From positions 1,980,001-2,012,000 of the forward strand of contig NZ_LT934425.1 of NCBI RefSeq assembly GCF_900232105.1: a stretch of 32,000 nt of DNA, in the 5' to 3' direction. This DNA comes from Candidatus Kuenenia stuttgartensis (GTDB taxonomy: Bacteria > Planctomycetota > Brocadiia > Brocadiales > Brocadiaceae). The notes under the pieces were generated by a model. That model did no database searches. It was given only the letters and a program-made list of their open reading frames with translations, and was not told the origin of the DNA. Shown here in pieces: positions 24,593-31,920 of this stretch. Every line of letters starts with the position of its first letter. Position 1 is the first letter of the stretch. Both the position numbers and the translations under genes were made by a program.

Positions 24593-25455
24593 ACTGGCTT
24601 TTCATTTCTCTCTTTTGTGCATTTTGCGTGGCAACCGCTGATGCACTGAGCAAAAAGGTTCTAAAAGAAAAAAACGAGTATATTGTTTTATGGGTGCGCA
24701 TTGGATTTGCCTCTCCGTTTTTGCTGTGTTTCCTGCCTTTCATAGAAATACCAACACTGGACCACATCTTTTTTCTTATTCTCATCTTCCTTGTCCCGTT
24801 GGAGACAACCGCACTCATATTGTATATGAAGGCGATAAAAATTTCACCGTTGTCAATGACATTGCCTTTCCTTGCATTAAGTCCGGGGTTTTTAATAGTA
24901 ACCTCAAATATCATCCTTGGCGAAAGGCTGCATAAGCACGGCATTATCGGTGTACTGCTTGTCACATTGGGTGCGTATTTGCTTAATGTAAAAATGAGCC
25001 GGCAGGGAATATTGCAGCCGTTTAAGGCAATTTTGAGGGAACGCGGCTCTGTTTACATGATCATTGTCGCCTTTATCTACAGCATTACCTCCAATTTGGG
25101 GAAATTGGCGATCCAGCATTCCAGCCCGTTGTTTTTTTCAGCAACCTATTTTCCATTCCTGTCGTTAGTTCTTTTTCCTCTTCTTCTGTGGAAAAATAAT
25201 GGCAAAATAAGACAGCCGTTGAGTTCTCATCTCGCTATCTTTATTTTAATAGGATTGTTGATCGTGTTTTCAACGGTCAGCCACTTCTACGCGGTGACAT
25301 TAACAGAAGTCCCCTATTTCATCTCGGTGAAAAGGACGAGTCTGCTTTTCGGCATTCTCTATGGGGCAATTTTGTTTAAAGAAAAAAATATTGCCGAACG
25401 ACTTGTCGGGGGGATGGTAATGTTTGCAGGAGTTATTGTTATTCTCTTGTTTTAG
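24589..25455 (+). CDS. EamA/DMT superfamily transporter
   Basis: 288 aa with about 10 hydrophobic helices in two EamA-like halves. The TTG start overlaps the upstream stop (TTGA). Confidence 0.8.
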   Translation: MNWLFISLFCAFCVATADALSKKVLKEKNEYIVLWVRIGFASPFLLCFLPFIEIPTLDHIFFLILIFLVPLETTALILYMKAIKISPLSMTLPFLALSPGFLIVTSNIILGERLHKHGIIGVLLVTLGAYLLNVKMSRQGILQPFKAILRERGSVYMIIVAFIYSITSNLGKLAIQHSSPLFFSATYFPFLSLVLFPLLLWKNNGKIRQPLSSHLAIFILIGLLIVFSTVSHFYAVTLTEVPYFISVKRTSLLFGILYGAILFKEKNIAERLVGGMVMFAGVIVILLF

Positions 25456-25502
25456 GGCAGCCCTGAGCTGTTCCGGAATTCGGGGGACACCATACGTAGT
25501 TA

Positions 25503-25531
25503 TTGACTCAATGTTGAAAAACAGCTAAGAT
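25503..25531 (+). promoter_or_regulatory. Candidate promoter of the type I R-M operon
   Basis: TTGACT (25503-25508), a 17-nt spacer and TAAGAT (25526-25531), about 130 nt upstream of the hsdM start. Confidence 0.3.
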
Positions 25532-25661
25532 TCCCCGTGGTCAGGATTGCTCGTGTGGCAGTCCCAGTCTCATGCTATGACGTCAGAATTCTGCTATACC
25601 ATAATTATGCAGTTTAATGCCGGACGGCAAGTGAAAATATTTTTACCCGGGAGAAACCGCC

Positions 25662-27116
25662 TTGTTTGAACAAACCTTCAAGAATATAGACGACATCCTC
25701 CACAAAGACGCCGGTTGCAGCAGCGAACTGGACTATGTGGAGCAGACCTCGTGGATTCTTTTCCTGAAATATCTGGATGATTTTGAGAAGGATAAGAAAA
25801 CCGCGGCAGAGCTTGCCGGTAAATACTATGAAGGTATTATTGACAAACAATACAAATGGGAAGTCTGGGCAGTGCCCAAAGGCAAAGACGGCAAGATCGA
25901 TCATCATAAGGCGCTTACCGGCGATGACCTGAAAGACTTTGTTGACCACAAGCTGTTCCCTTACCTGAAAAAATTCAAAACGTCAGCCGAAAGCGCCGAC
26001 ACCATCGAATACAAGGTCGGCGAGATTTTCAGCGAGCTGAAAAACAAGATTCAGAGCGGCTATAACCTGCGCGAAGTCATTAATCGTATCGATGAACTCC
26101 GCTTTCGCTCCCACGCTGAGAAGCATGAGATGTCGCACCTGTACGAAAACAAAATCAAGAATATGGGCAACGCCGGCAGAAACGGCGGCGAATACTACAC
26201 GCCCCGTCCGCTCATAAAAACCATCGTGAAGGTGGTTGCACCCACCATCGGCAACAAGGTGTATGACGGCGCGGTCGCTTCGGCGGGCTTCCTGGCGGAG
26301 GCTTTTGAATATCTGAAAACCAGCAAGAACCTAACCACCAAAGATGCGGAGACACTTCAGAAAAGAACCTTCTACGGAAAGGAAAAGAAGTCGCTCGCCT
26401 ACATCATCGGCACGATGAACATGATTCTGCACGGCATCGAAGCGCCCAACATCGTGCATACCAACACGCTGACGGAAAACATGGCCGATATCCAGGAAAA
26501 AGACCGTTACGACGTCATCCTTGCCAATCCCCCGTTTGGCGGTAAGGAACGCACCGAGGTGCAGCAGAACTTCCCTATCAAAACCGGCGAAACGGCTTTT
26601 CTGTTCCTTCAGCATTTCATCAAAATCCTGAAAGCGGGCGGAAAAGCGGGTGTGGTGATTAAGAATACCTTTCTTTCCAACACTGATAATGCGTCCGTAT
26701 CTTTGCGCAAACTGTTATTGGAAAGTTGTAATCTGCATACGGTGCTGGATCTGCCCGGCGGCACCTTTACCGGTGCGGGCGTCAAAACAGTGGTGCTGTT
26801 TTTTGAAAAAGGCGTACCAACTCAAAACGTCTGGTTTTATCAGCTCAATCTGGACAGAAAACTCGGCAAGACCAACCCGTTGAACGAAAACGATCTGGCG
26901 GAGTTTGTAGAATTACAAAAGACCAAGGCCAATTCGGAAAACTCATGGTCGGTGAATGTGGCCGATGTAGATAAAACCACATTCGGCCTGTCGGTGAAGA
27001 ATCCGCATAAAAAAGATGAACCCGCGCTACGTGAACCGGGAATAATTTTGGACGAGATGAAGGCGCTGGATGAAGAGAGTGAAATGATTTTCAAAAATAT
27101 TTTAAGGATTTTATGA
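25662..27116 (+). CDS. hsdM: Type I restriction-modification system, DNA methyltransferase subunit M
   Basis: 484 aa. The TTG start has a GGGAG RBS 9 nt upstream. HsdM_N block FEQTFKNIDDILHKDAGCSSELDYVEQTSWILFLKYLDDFE, then GEYYTPRPLIKTIV, and catalytic motif IV ILANPPFGG. Motif I reads YDGAVASAGFL (see findings). Confidence 0.95.
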   Translation: MFEQTFKNIDDILHKDAGCSSELDYVEQTSWILFLKYLDDFEKDKKTAAELAGKYYEGIIDKQYKWEVWAVPKGKDGKIDHHKALTGDDLKDFVDHKLFPYLKKFKTSAESADTIEYKVGEIFSELKNKIQSGYNLREVINRIDELRFRSHAEKHEMSHLYENKIKNMGNAGRNGGEYYTPRPLIKTIVKVVAPTIGNKVYDGAVASAGFLAEAFEYLKTSKNLTTKDAETLQKRTFYGKEKKSLAYIIGTMNMILHGIEAPNIVHTNTLTENMADIQEKDRYDVILANPPFGGKERTEVQQNFPIKTGETAFLFLQHFIKILKAGGKAGVVIKNTFLSNTDNASVSLRKLLLESCNLHTVLDLPGGTFTGAGVKTVVLFFEKGVPTQNVWFYQLNLDRKLGKTNPLNENDLAEFVELQKTKANSENSWSVNVADVDKTTFGLSVKNPHKKDEPALREPGIILDEMKALDEESEMIFKNILRIL

Positions 27117-28153
27117 GAGCTATTCTAAAATATTCAAAAAGGCAGATTGATAAAGCTGGTGGTGTTTTGTCAGGCGTGCCTGATCAAAAGATGAACAAGG
27201 ATCAAGCTATAGAAATTCTAGAAAACTTTCGATCATTACATATCCACCCTCTTATTGTATTTAGAGTGTCTTTGCAAAGAAAGTCTGAAATTATTTCTGG
27301 TGATGTACTAATTTCACAACGATTAAAAAGAGCACCATCAATTGTCAATAAATTAAAAATCCAGAAAAAGATGTCTTTATCGCAGATGCAGGATGTGGGT
27401 GGTTTGCGTATCGTACTGAATAATCTTGACGAAGTATATAAGCTTAAAGATCTAATACGTGCTGGCGAGACACAAATCGCCTTCAAATCTATTCTTTTAA
27501 AAGAAATAGATTATATTAATAACCCTAAAGAAAGTGGATACAGAAGCATTCATTTGATTTATAAATATAATAAAAATGCTCCTAATGCGAGTCAGTGTCG
27601 AATTGAAATACAGATTAGAACAAAAATACATCACGCATGGGCGACGGCAGTTGAAGTTATAGGCACGTACCTCAGGCAACCATTAAAACAAAGTTTTGGG
27701 GATAAAGAACTATTAGATTTATTTAAAGAAATAAGTAAAGTATTTATTTTATTGGAAAACAAAAAAATGGATATTTCTTTATTCAAAAATACAGTAAATA
27801 GAATAGATGAATTAAAATTGCGCGACAAATTACAAGGATTTTCAATGGTAACAAGGATTTCAGATCAGAACGATGAAAATAAAAAAGGTAAATATTTTCT
27901 TATATCCTTGAATTTTAAGAATAAGACATTGACTGTAAAAAGATTCACTGCCTCAAAGTTAGATCAAGCAAATAGTGAATATTCTGAATTAGAAAAAAAA
28001 TACTTGAATGATAATAATACGGAAGTTGTTCTTGTATCAGTAGATGATATTAATAATCTAAGAAAATTGTATCCTAATTATTTCTTGGACACACAAGAAT
28101 TTGTAAAGTTCCTAGACATAGTGAACAAGGAAATTGAAAAATATGAAAACTAA
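27113..28153 (+). CDS. RelA/SpoT-domain (alarmone-synthetase fold) protein with uncharacterised C-terminal domain; candidate toxSAS/CapRel-like effector
   Basis: 346 aa. All synthetase-fold blocks are present: RLKRAPSIVNK (RxKx3Sx3K), DVGGLRIV, ESGYRSIHLIY and IEIQIRTKIHHAWATAVE. There is no HD hydrolase domain. ATGA overlap with hsdM and an 11-nt overlap with hsdS. The gene is strongly AT-rich. Confidence 0.85.
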   Translation: MRAILKYSKRQIDKAGGVLSGVPDQKMNKDQAIEILENFRSLHIHPLIVFRVSLQRKSEIISGDVLISQRLKRAPSIVNKLKIQKKMSLSQMQDVGGLRIVLNNLDEVYKLKDLIRAGETQIAFKSILLKEIDYINNPKESGYRSIHLIYKYNKNAPNASQCRIEIQIRTKIHHAWATAVEVIGTYLRQPLKQSFGDKELLDLFKEISKVFILLENKKMDISLFKNTVNRIDELKLRDKLQGFSMVTRISDQNDENKKGKYFLISLNFKNKTLTVKRFTASKLDQANSEYSELEKKYLNDNNTEVVLVSVDDINNLRKLYPNYFLDTQEFVKFLDIVNKEIEKYEN

Positions 28154-29303
28154 CTGGCAAATAAAAAAACTCGGCGAGGTTTGTGAAATCAAACCACCAA
28201 AAAAAGAAGCAAGAGACCGATTGAATGATGATGACATTGTCTCGTTTGTGCCTATGGAAGATTTGGGAATATTGACAAAGAATTTTATTGCAACAAAGGA
28301 AAGACCGCTGAAAGAAGTATCTGGAAGCTATACGTATTTTTCCGATAATGATGTGCTTCTCGCAAAAATTACGCCTTGTTTCGAAAATGGCAAAATTGGA
28401 ATTGCTCGCAATTTAAAGAATGGTATTGGTTTCGGCTCAAGTGAATATATTATTTTTCGATCACGTGGCGAAGTAATACCTGATTACTTGTACTACTATT
28501 TAGCTCGTGACCAGTTCAGGCAAGACGGCAAAAAAGTGATGACTGGCGCAGTTGGCCATAAACGAGTGCCGAAAGACTTTGTTGAAAACCAAAAAATACC
28601 TTATCCCAATTCCCTCCCCGAACAACAGCGTATCGTTGCCATTCTGGAGGAGGCTTTTGCCGCCATCGCCACAGCAAAAGAAAAAACCGAAAAGAATCTG
28701 CAAAACGCCCGCGAGCTTTTTGCGTCGTATCTGCAGAGTGTCTTTGCCAATCCGGGGGACGGGTGGGAAGAGAAGACATTGGGGGAATGCTTTAAATTAA
28801 AAAGTGGCGATAATATAACAAGCAAAATGATGATTGAGAATGGAAAGTATCCTGTTTATGGTGGTAATGGAATCGCGGGGATGTATAATAAATTTAATCT
28901 ATCAGGGAGCAATGTAATTGTAGGTAGAGTCGGAGCTTTATGCGGAAATGTAAGGCATATAGAAGAGGCTATTTGGCTCACTGATAATGGATTCAAAATA
29001 ACAGATTGTAAATATGATTTTGATAATGCGTTTCTTGCATATTTATTGAACTTAAAGAATCTACGAAATTATGCAAGGCAAGCAGCACAACCAGTCATTT
29101 CAAATTCATCATTAGAAGAGGTGTTACTACAATTTCCAAAATCATTAAAAGACCAAAAATCCATCGTCACCAAACTCGATGCGCTTTCCGCCGAAACCAA
29201 AAAGCTCGAGGCCATTTACCGGCAAAAGCTCGCAGACCTGGACGAATTGAAAAAATCGGTATTGCAAAAGGCGTTCACAGGACAATTGACAATGGAAAAT
29301 TGA
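28143..29303 (+). CDS. hsdS: Type I restriction-modification system, specificity subunit S
   Basis: ATG28143 is preferred over TTG28134. Two target-recognition domains (WQIKKLGEVCEI... and WEEKTLGECFKLKSG...) are separated by the conserved helices LPEQQRIVAILEEAFAAIATAKEKTEKNLQNARELF and LKDQKSIVTKLDALSAETKKLEAIYRQKLADLDELKKSVLQKAF. Confidence 0.9.
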   Translation: MKTNWQIKKLGEVCEIKPPKKEARDRLNDDDIVSFVPMEDLGILTKNFIATKERPLKEVSGSYTYFSDNDVLLAKITPCFENGKIGIARNLKNGIGFGSSEYIIFRSRGEVIPDYLYYYLARDQFRQDGKKVMTGAVGHKRVPKDFVENQKIPYPNSLPEQQRIVAILEEAFAAIATAKEKTEKNLQNARELFASYLQSVFANPGDGWEEKTLGECFKLKSGDNITSKMMIENGKYPVYGGNGIAGMYNKFNLSGSNVIVGRVGALCGNVRHIEEAIWLTDNGFKITDCKYDFDNAFLAYLLNLKNLRNYARQAAQPVISNSSLEEVLLQFPKSLKDQKSIVTKLDALSAETKKLEAIYRQKLADLDELKKSVLQKAFTGQLTMEN

Positions 29304-29313
29304 GAATGGGTGA

Positions 29314-29499
29314 TTGAAAACGAGCAATGTGGTCAAAGAGAAGTCGTTTTACGTTCGCGGTGCGGGTAGTGGACCGGCTACCGAACGTTGTCAGCGCCTG
29401 AATACCAGCGAAGCGGAGTCGGCCATCAACGACAACAAGGAACTCTTGAAACTGTTAACCCGTATCATCAACTCAACTAAACAAGGAATGGACACATGA
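29314..29499 (+). CDS. Doubtful small ORF (61 aa, TTG start) in the hsdS-fic spacer
   Basis: It is an open frame only, with no motif and no RBS. It is chained by an ATGA overlap to a further 35-codon ORF (29496-29603) that ends 2 nt before the fic ATG. Confidence 0.2.
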   Translation: MKTSNVVKEKSFYVRGAGSGPATERCQRLNTSEAESAINDNKELLKLLTRIINSTKQGMDT

Positions 29500-29571
29500 C
29501 CGCTGTCAATTACCAATTGTCCACTGAATACCGTGAAATTGGCTGTTTTTTCTTAGATTTTCACGATTATG

Positions 29572-29599
29572 TTGACAAAAGAGTGAAAGATTTTATACT
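29572..29599 (+). promoter_or_regulatory. Candidate internal promoter for fic (possibly giving a leaderless transcript)
   Basis: TTGACA (29572-29577), a 16-nt spacer and TATACT (29594-29599). The fic ATG at 29606 sits about 7 nt downstream and has no Shine-Dalgarno sequence. Confidence 0.3.
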
Positions 29600-29605
29600 G
29601 TAGCT

Positions 29606-30487
29606 ATGGCAAAAATCTTACATGTTTTTAATTCAATCAATCGCTTGAGAGAGCGGTATTATGTTGCGGCGGTCGGTAAACAATCGCTTTTGGATTTATT
29701 GAGCGAAGCGGAGGTTGCCGAGCAGGTGTATAACTCTAACGCCATCGAGAACAGCACCCTCACCCTTGAAGAAACTGAAAAAATCCTTTTGCAGATACAT
29801 TTAGACAGATACATCACGGAAAGAGAAATCTTTGAAGCAAAAAATCTCGCACGGGTAGTTTCTTACATCAATATCAAGGCCAAAGAACAAGAGCTTACCC
29901 TTGAGGTTATGCTATCGCTTCACAAGATGCTTATAGCGAATATCAGGGATGATATCGCCGGCAGATTTCGCAAGGACGGTGAGTGGGTCAGGGTTGCAAA
30001 CCACATAGCGCCAGACCCAAAAGAAGTGGCAGGAAGATTGGAAAAAATGCTTGCCGGATATAACGCCGCCAGCCATGAAAATATTATAAAACGTATTGCG
30101 CGGCTGCATCTTACCTTTGAACACACCCACCCGTTTGTTGATGGCAATGGCCGTATCGGAAGGGTAATAAATAACTATTTGCTTATACGGGAAGGCTTTG
30201 TGCCGATGAATATTAAATTCATTGACAGGAAGATGTATTACGAGGCGTTTAAGGAGTTTGACGAAAAAGGCACTGCCAAAATCATGGAGGAAATAGTCGG
30301 CAAAGCGCTTACGAATAGTTATCACAAGAGACTTGCGTATCTGGAAGGAGCACACATTATGACGCTTGCTGAATATGCAAAAAAGCATAAAGTATCGCAC
30401 TCTAATTTGATAAATAAAGCACATCGCCAAACTATAGAAGCCTTTTTTGAAAAAGGCGTTTGGAAGATTGGAGATTACAAACCATGA
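29606..30487 (+). CDS. Fic family protein (AMPylase-type active site, class II N-terminal inhibitory motif)
   Basis: 293 aa. Canonical Fic motif HPFVDGNGRIGR (HxFx[D/E]GNGRxxR). SNAIEN near the N-terminus fits the [S/T]xxxE[G/N] inhibitory helix. The C-terminal ~60 aa is HTH-like. Confidence 0.9.
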   Translation: MAKILHVFNSINRLRERYYVAAVGKQSLLDLLSEAEVAEQVYNSNAIENSTLTLEETEKILLQIHLDRYITEREIFEAKNLARVVSYINIKAKEQELTLEVMLSLHKMLIANIRDDIAGRFRKDGEWVRVANHIAPDPKEVAGRLEKMLAGYNAASHENIIKRIARLHLTFEHTHPFVDGNGRIGRVINNYLLIREGFVPMNIKFIDRKMYYEAFKEFDEKGTAKIMEEIVGKALTNSYHKRLAYLEGAHIMTLAEYAKKHKVSHSNLINKAHRQTIEAFFEKGVWKIGDYKP

Positions 30488-31920
30488 ACGAAGCGGAACA
30501 CCCCTATTCAAAGATAAAAGCCATTATCAAGCAGGGCAAAGGGTTGACCGTTGAGTTCAAGGAGTGTAATACCGCCCTCAACAAAGATATTTACGAGACG
30601 GTGTGCGCCTTCCTGAACCGCTTCGGCGGCGAGCTTCTGCTTGGCGTTAGAGATGACGGCGTGATAACCGGTATAGTCCCTGAGTGCCTCCACCAGATCA
30701 AAAATGATTTTACGACAGCCGTCAATAATCCACAGAAAATCAGCCCGTCGTTTTATCTCTCAATGGATGAGGCCGTAATCGACGGGAAAACCATTCTCTC
30801 CATTTACATCCCCGAAAGCTCCCAGGTTCACCGCTGTAACGGGAAAATATACGACCGGAATGAAGACGGTGATTTCAATATCACGGACAACCACAACCTT
30901 GTATCCGCACTTTACCTGCGAAAGCAGATCGGCTACTCAGAAAACACTATTTACCCATATACTGAACTTGCCGATCTGCGGCCTGATGTTATAGCAAGAG
31001 TTCGAAAAATGGCTTTGCTCCAGTCGGAAAACCACCCATGGGGCGCTATGAGTGACCTTGACCTTTTGAGAAGCGTTCAGTTGTATAGGAAGGATTTTCA
31101 AACCGGGAAAGACGGTTTTACGCTTGCCGCAATACTGCTCTTTGGAAAAGACGAGACCATTCTATCGGTAGTGCCGCATTTCAGAATCGATGCCATTCTG
31201 AGACGGGACAACATCGACCGTTATGACGACCGTGACGATATCCGCACGAATCTCATCGAAAGTTATGACCGCCTGCTACGATTTGGAGAGAAACATCTGA
31301 ACGATCCGTTTTATCTGGAAAATGGCCAGAGGATAAGCCTGCGCGGCCATATTTTACGGGAAGTAATCAGCAATATCCTTATCCACCGCGAGTATGCCAA
31401 TGCGTTTCCAGCGAAGTTCGTCATTGATAGAGAAAAACTTTTCACGGAGAACAGCAATAAACCTCACGGGTATGGCATGATTGATCCGTCACATTTTACG
31501 CCCTATCCAAAAAATCCTTCTATTGCGCGATTATTCAGGGAAATTGGACGGGCGGATGAGCTTGGGTCTGGTGTTAGGAATCTGTTTAAGTATTGCAAGG
31601 CCTATTGCGGCCACGATCCGCAACTCATAGAACAGGATATTTTCAAATTCATCCTGCCGCTTACCGGGGAAGCTACCCCTCAAGCTACCCCCCAAGCTAC
31701 AGGGGAAGACGAACGGACAAAAAAAATAATGAATTACTGTCTTAACCCAAGAACAAGAGAGGAAATACAGGAGTTTACCGGTTACAAAGACAGAAAACAT
31801 TTTCGTTTAGAAATCTTACAGCCGCTTCTTGATAAGGGCTTGCTGCACCCGACTATACCCGATAAACTGACAAGCCCGAAACAGAAGTATTACTCTGCAA
31901 AGAAACGAGAGAACCTATGA
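30484..31920 (+). CDS. AlbA_2 (Schlafen-type) domain / HATPase_c_4 (RecG-C-terminal-like) / winged-helix protein
   Basis: ATG30484 is preferred (ATGA overlap with the fic stop). AlbA_2 pattern LTVEFKECNTALNKDIYETVCAFLNRFGGELLLGVRDDGVITGI. Later LREVISNILIHREYANAFPAKFVI...ELGSGVRNLFKYC is typical of the 'putative ATP-dependent DNA helicase RecG-like transcriptional regulator' family. The C-terminus is wHTH-like. ATGA overlap with hsdR. Confidence 0.8.
   Translation: MNEAEHPYSKIKAIIKQGKGLTVEFKECNTALNKDIYETVCAFLNRFGGELLLGVRDDGVITGIVPECLHQIKNDFTTAVNNPQKISPSFYLSMDEAVIDGKTILSIYIPESSQVHRCNGKIYDRNEDGDFNITDNHNLVSALYLRKQIGYSENTIYPYTELADLRPDVIARVRKMALLQSENHPWGAMSDLDLLRSVQLYRKDFQTGKDGFTLAAILLFGKDETILSVVPHFRIDAILRRDNIDRYDDRDDIRTNLIESYDRLLRFGEKHLNDPFYLENGQRISLRGHILREVISNILIHREYANAFPAKFVIDREKLFTENSNKPHGYGMIDPSHFTPYPKNPSIARLFREIGRADELGSGVRNLFKYCKAYCGHDPQLIEQDIFKFILPLTGEATPQATPQATGEDERTKKIMNYCLNPRTREEIQEFTGYKDRKHFRLEILQPLLDKGLLHPTIPDKLTSPKQKYYSAKKRENL

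Noticed and set aside
25521-25590. Possible remnant of an IS200/RayT-type (Y1) transposase N-terminus (frames read RIARVAVP and SHAMTSE, compare ARIVIPGxPHHVTQRG) at the left edge of the R-M island
   Set aside because: It is too short and degenerate and needs a frameshift to fit. It could be chance, and is worth only a BLASTX check.
27993-28205. Homopolymer A7-A8 tracts (27993-28000, 28163-28169, 28199-28205) as slipped-strand phase-variation switches for the RelA/SpoT or hsdS genes
   Set aside because: Tracts of this length are expected in about 30% GC DNA and are shorter than typical contingency-locus tracts. No second hsdS copy or recombinase is present for shuffling.
29409-29417. Third echo of the hsdR 5' motif (cgaagcgga, coding SEAE) inside the hsdS-fic spacer
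   Set aside because: Only a 9-mer core is shared, and a match of that length can occur by chance in 32 kb on two strands.
29912-30511. 199-aa minus-strand ORF
   Set aside because: It is antisense to the Fic gene, which has a perfect catalytic motif. This is a shadow ORF.
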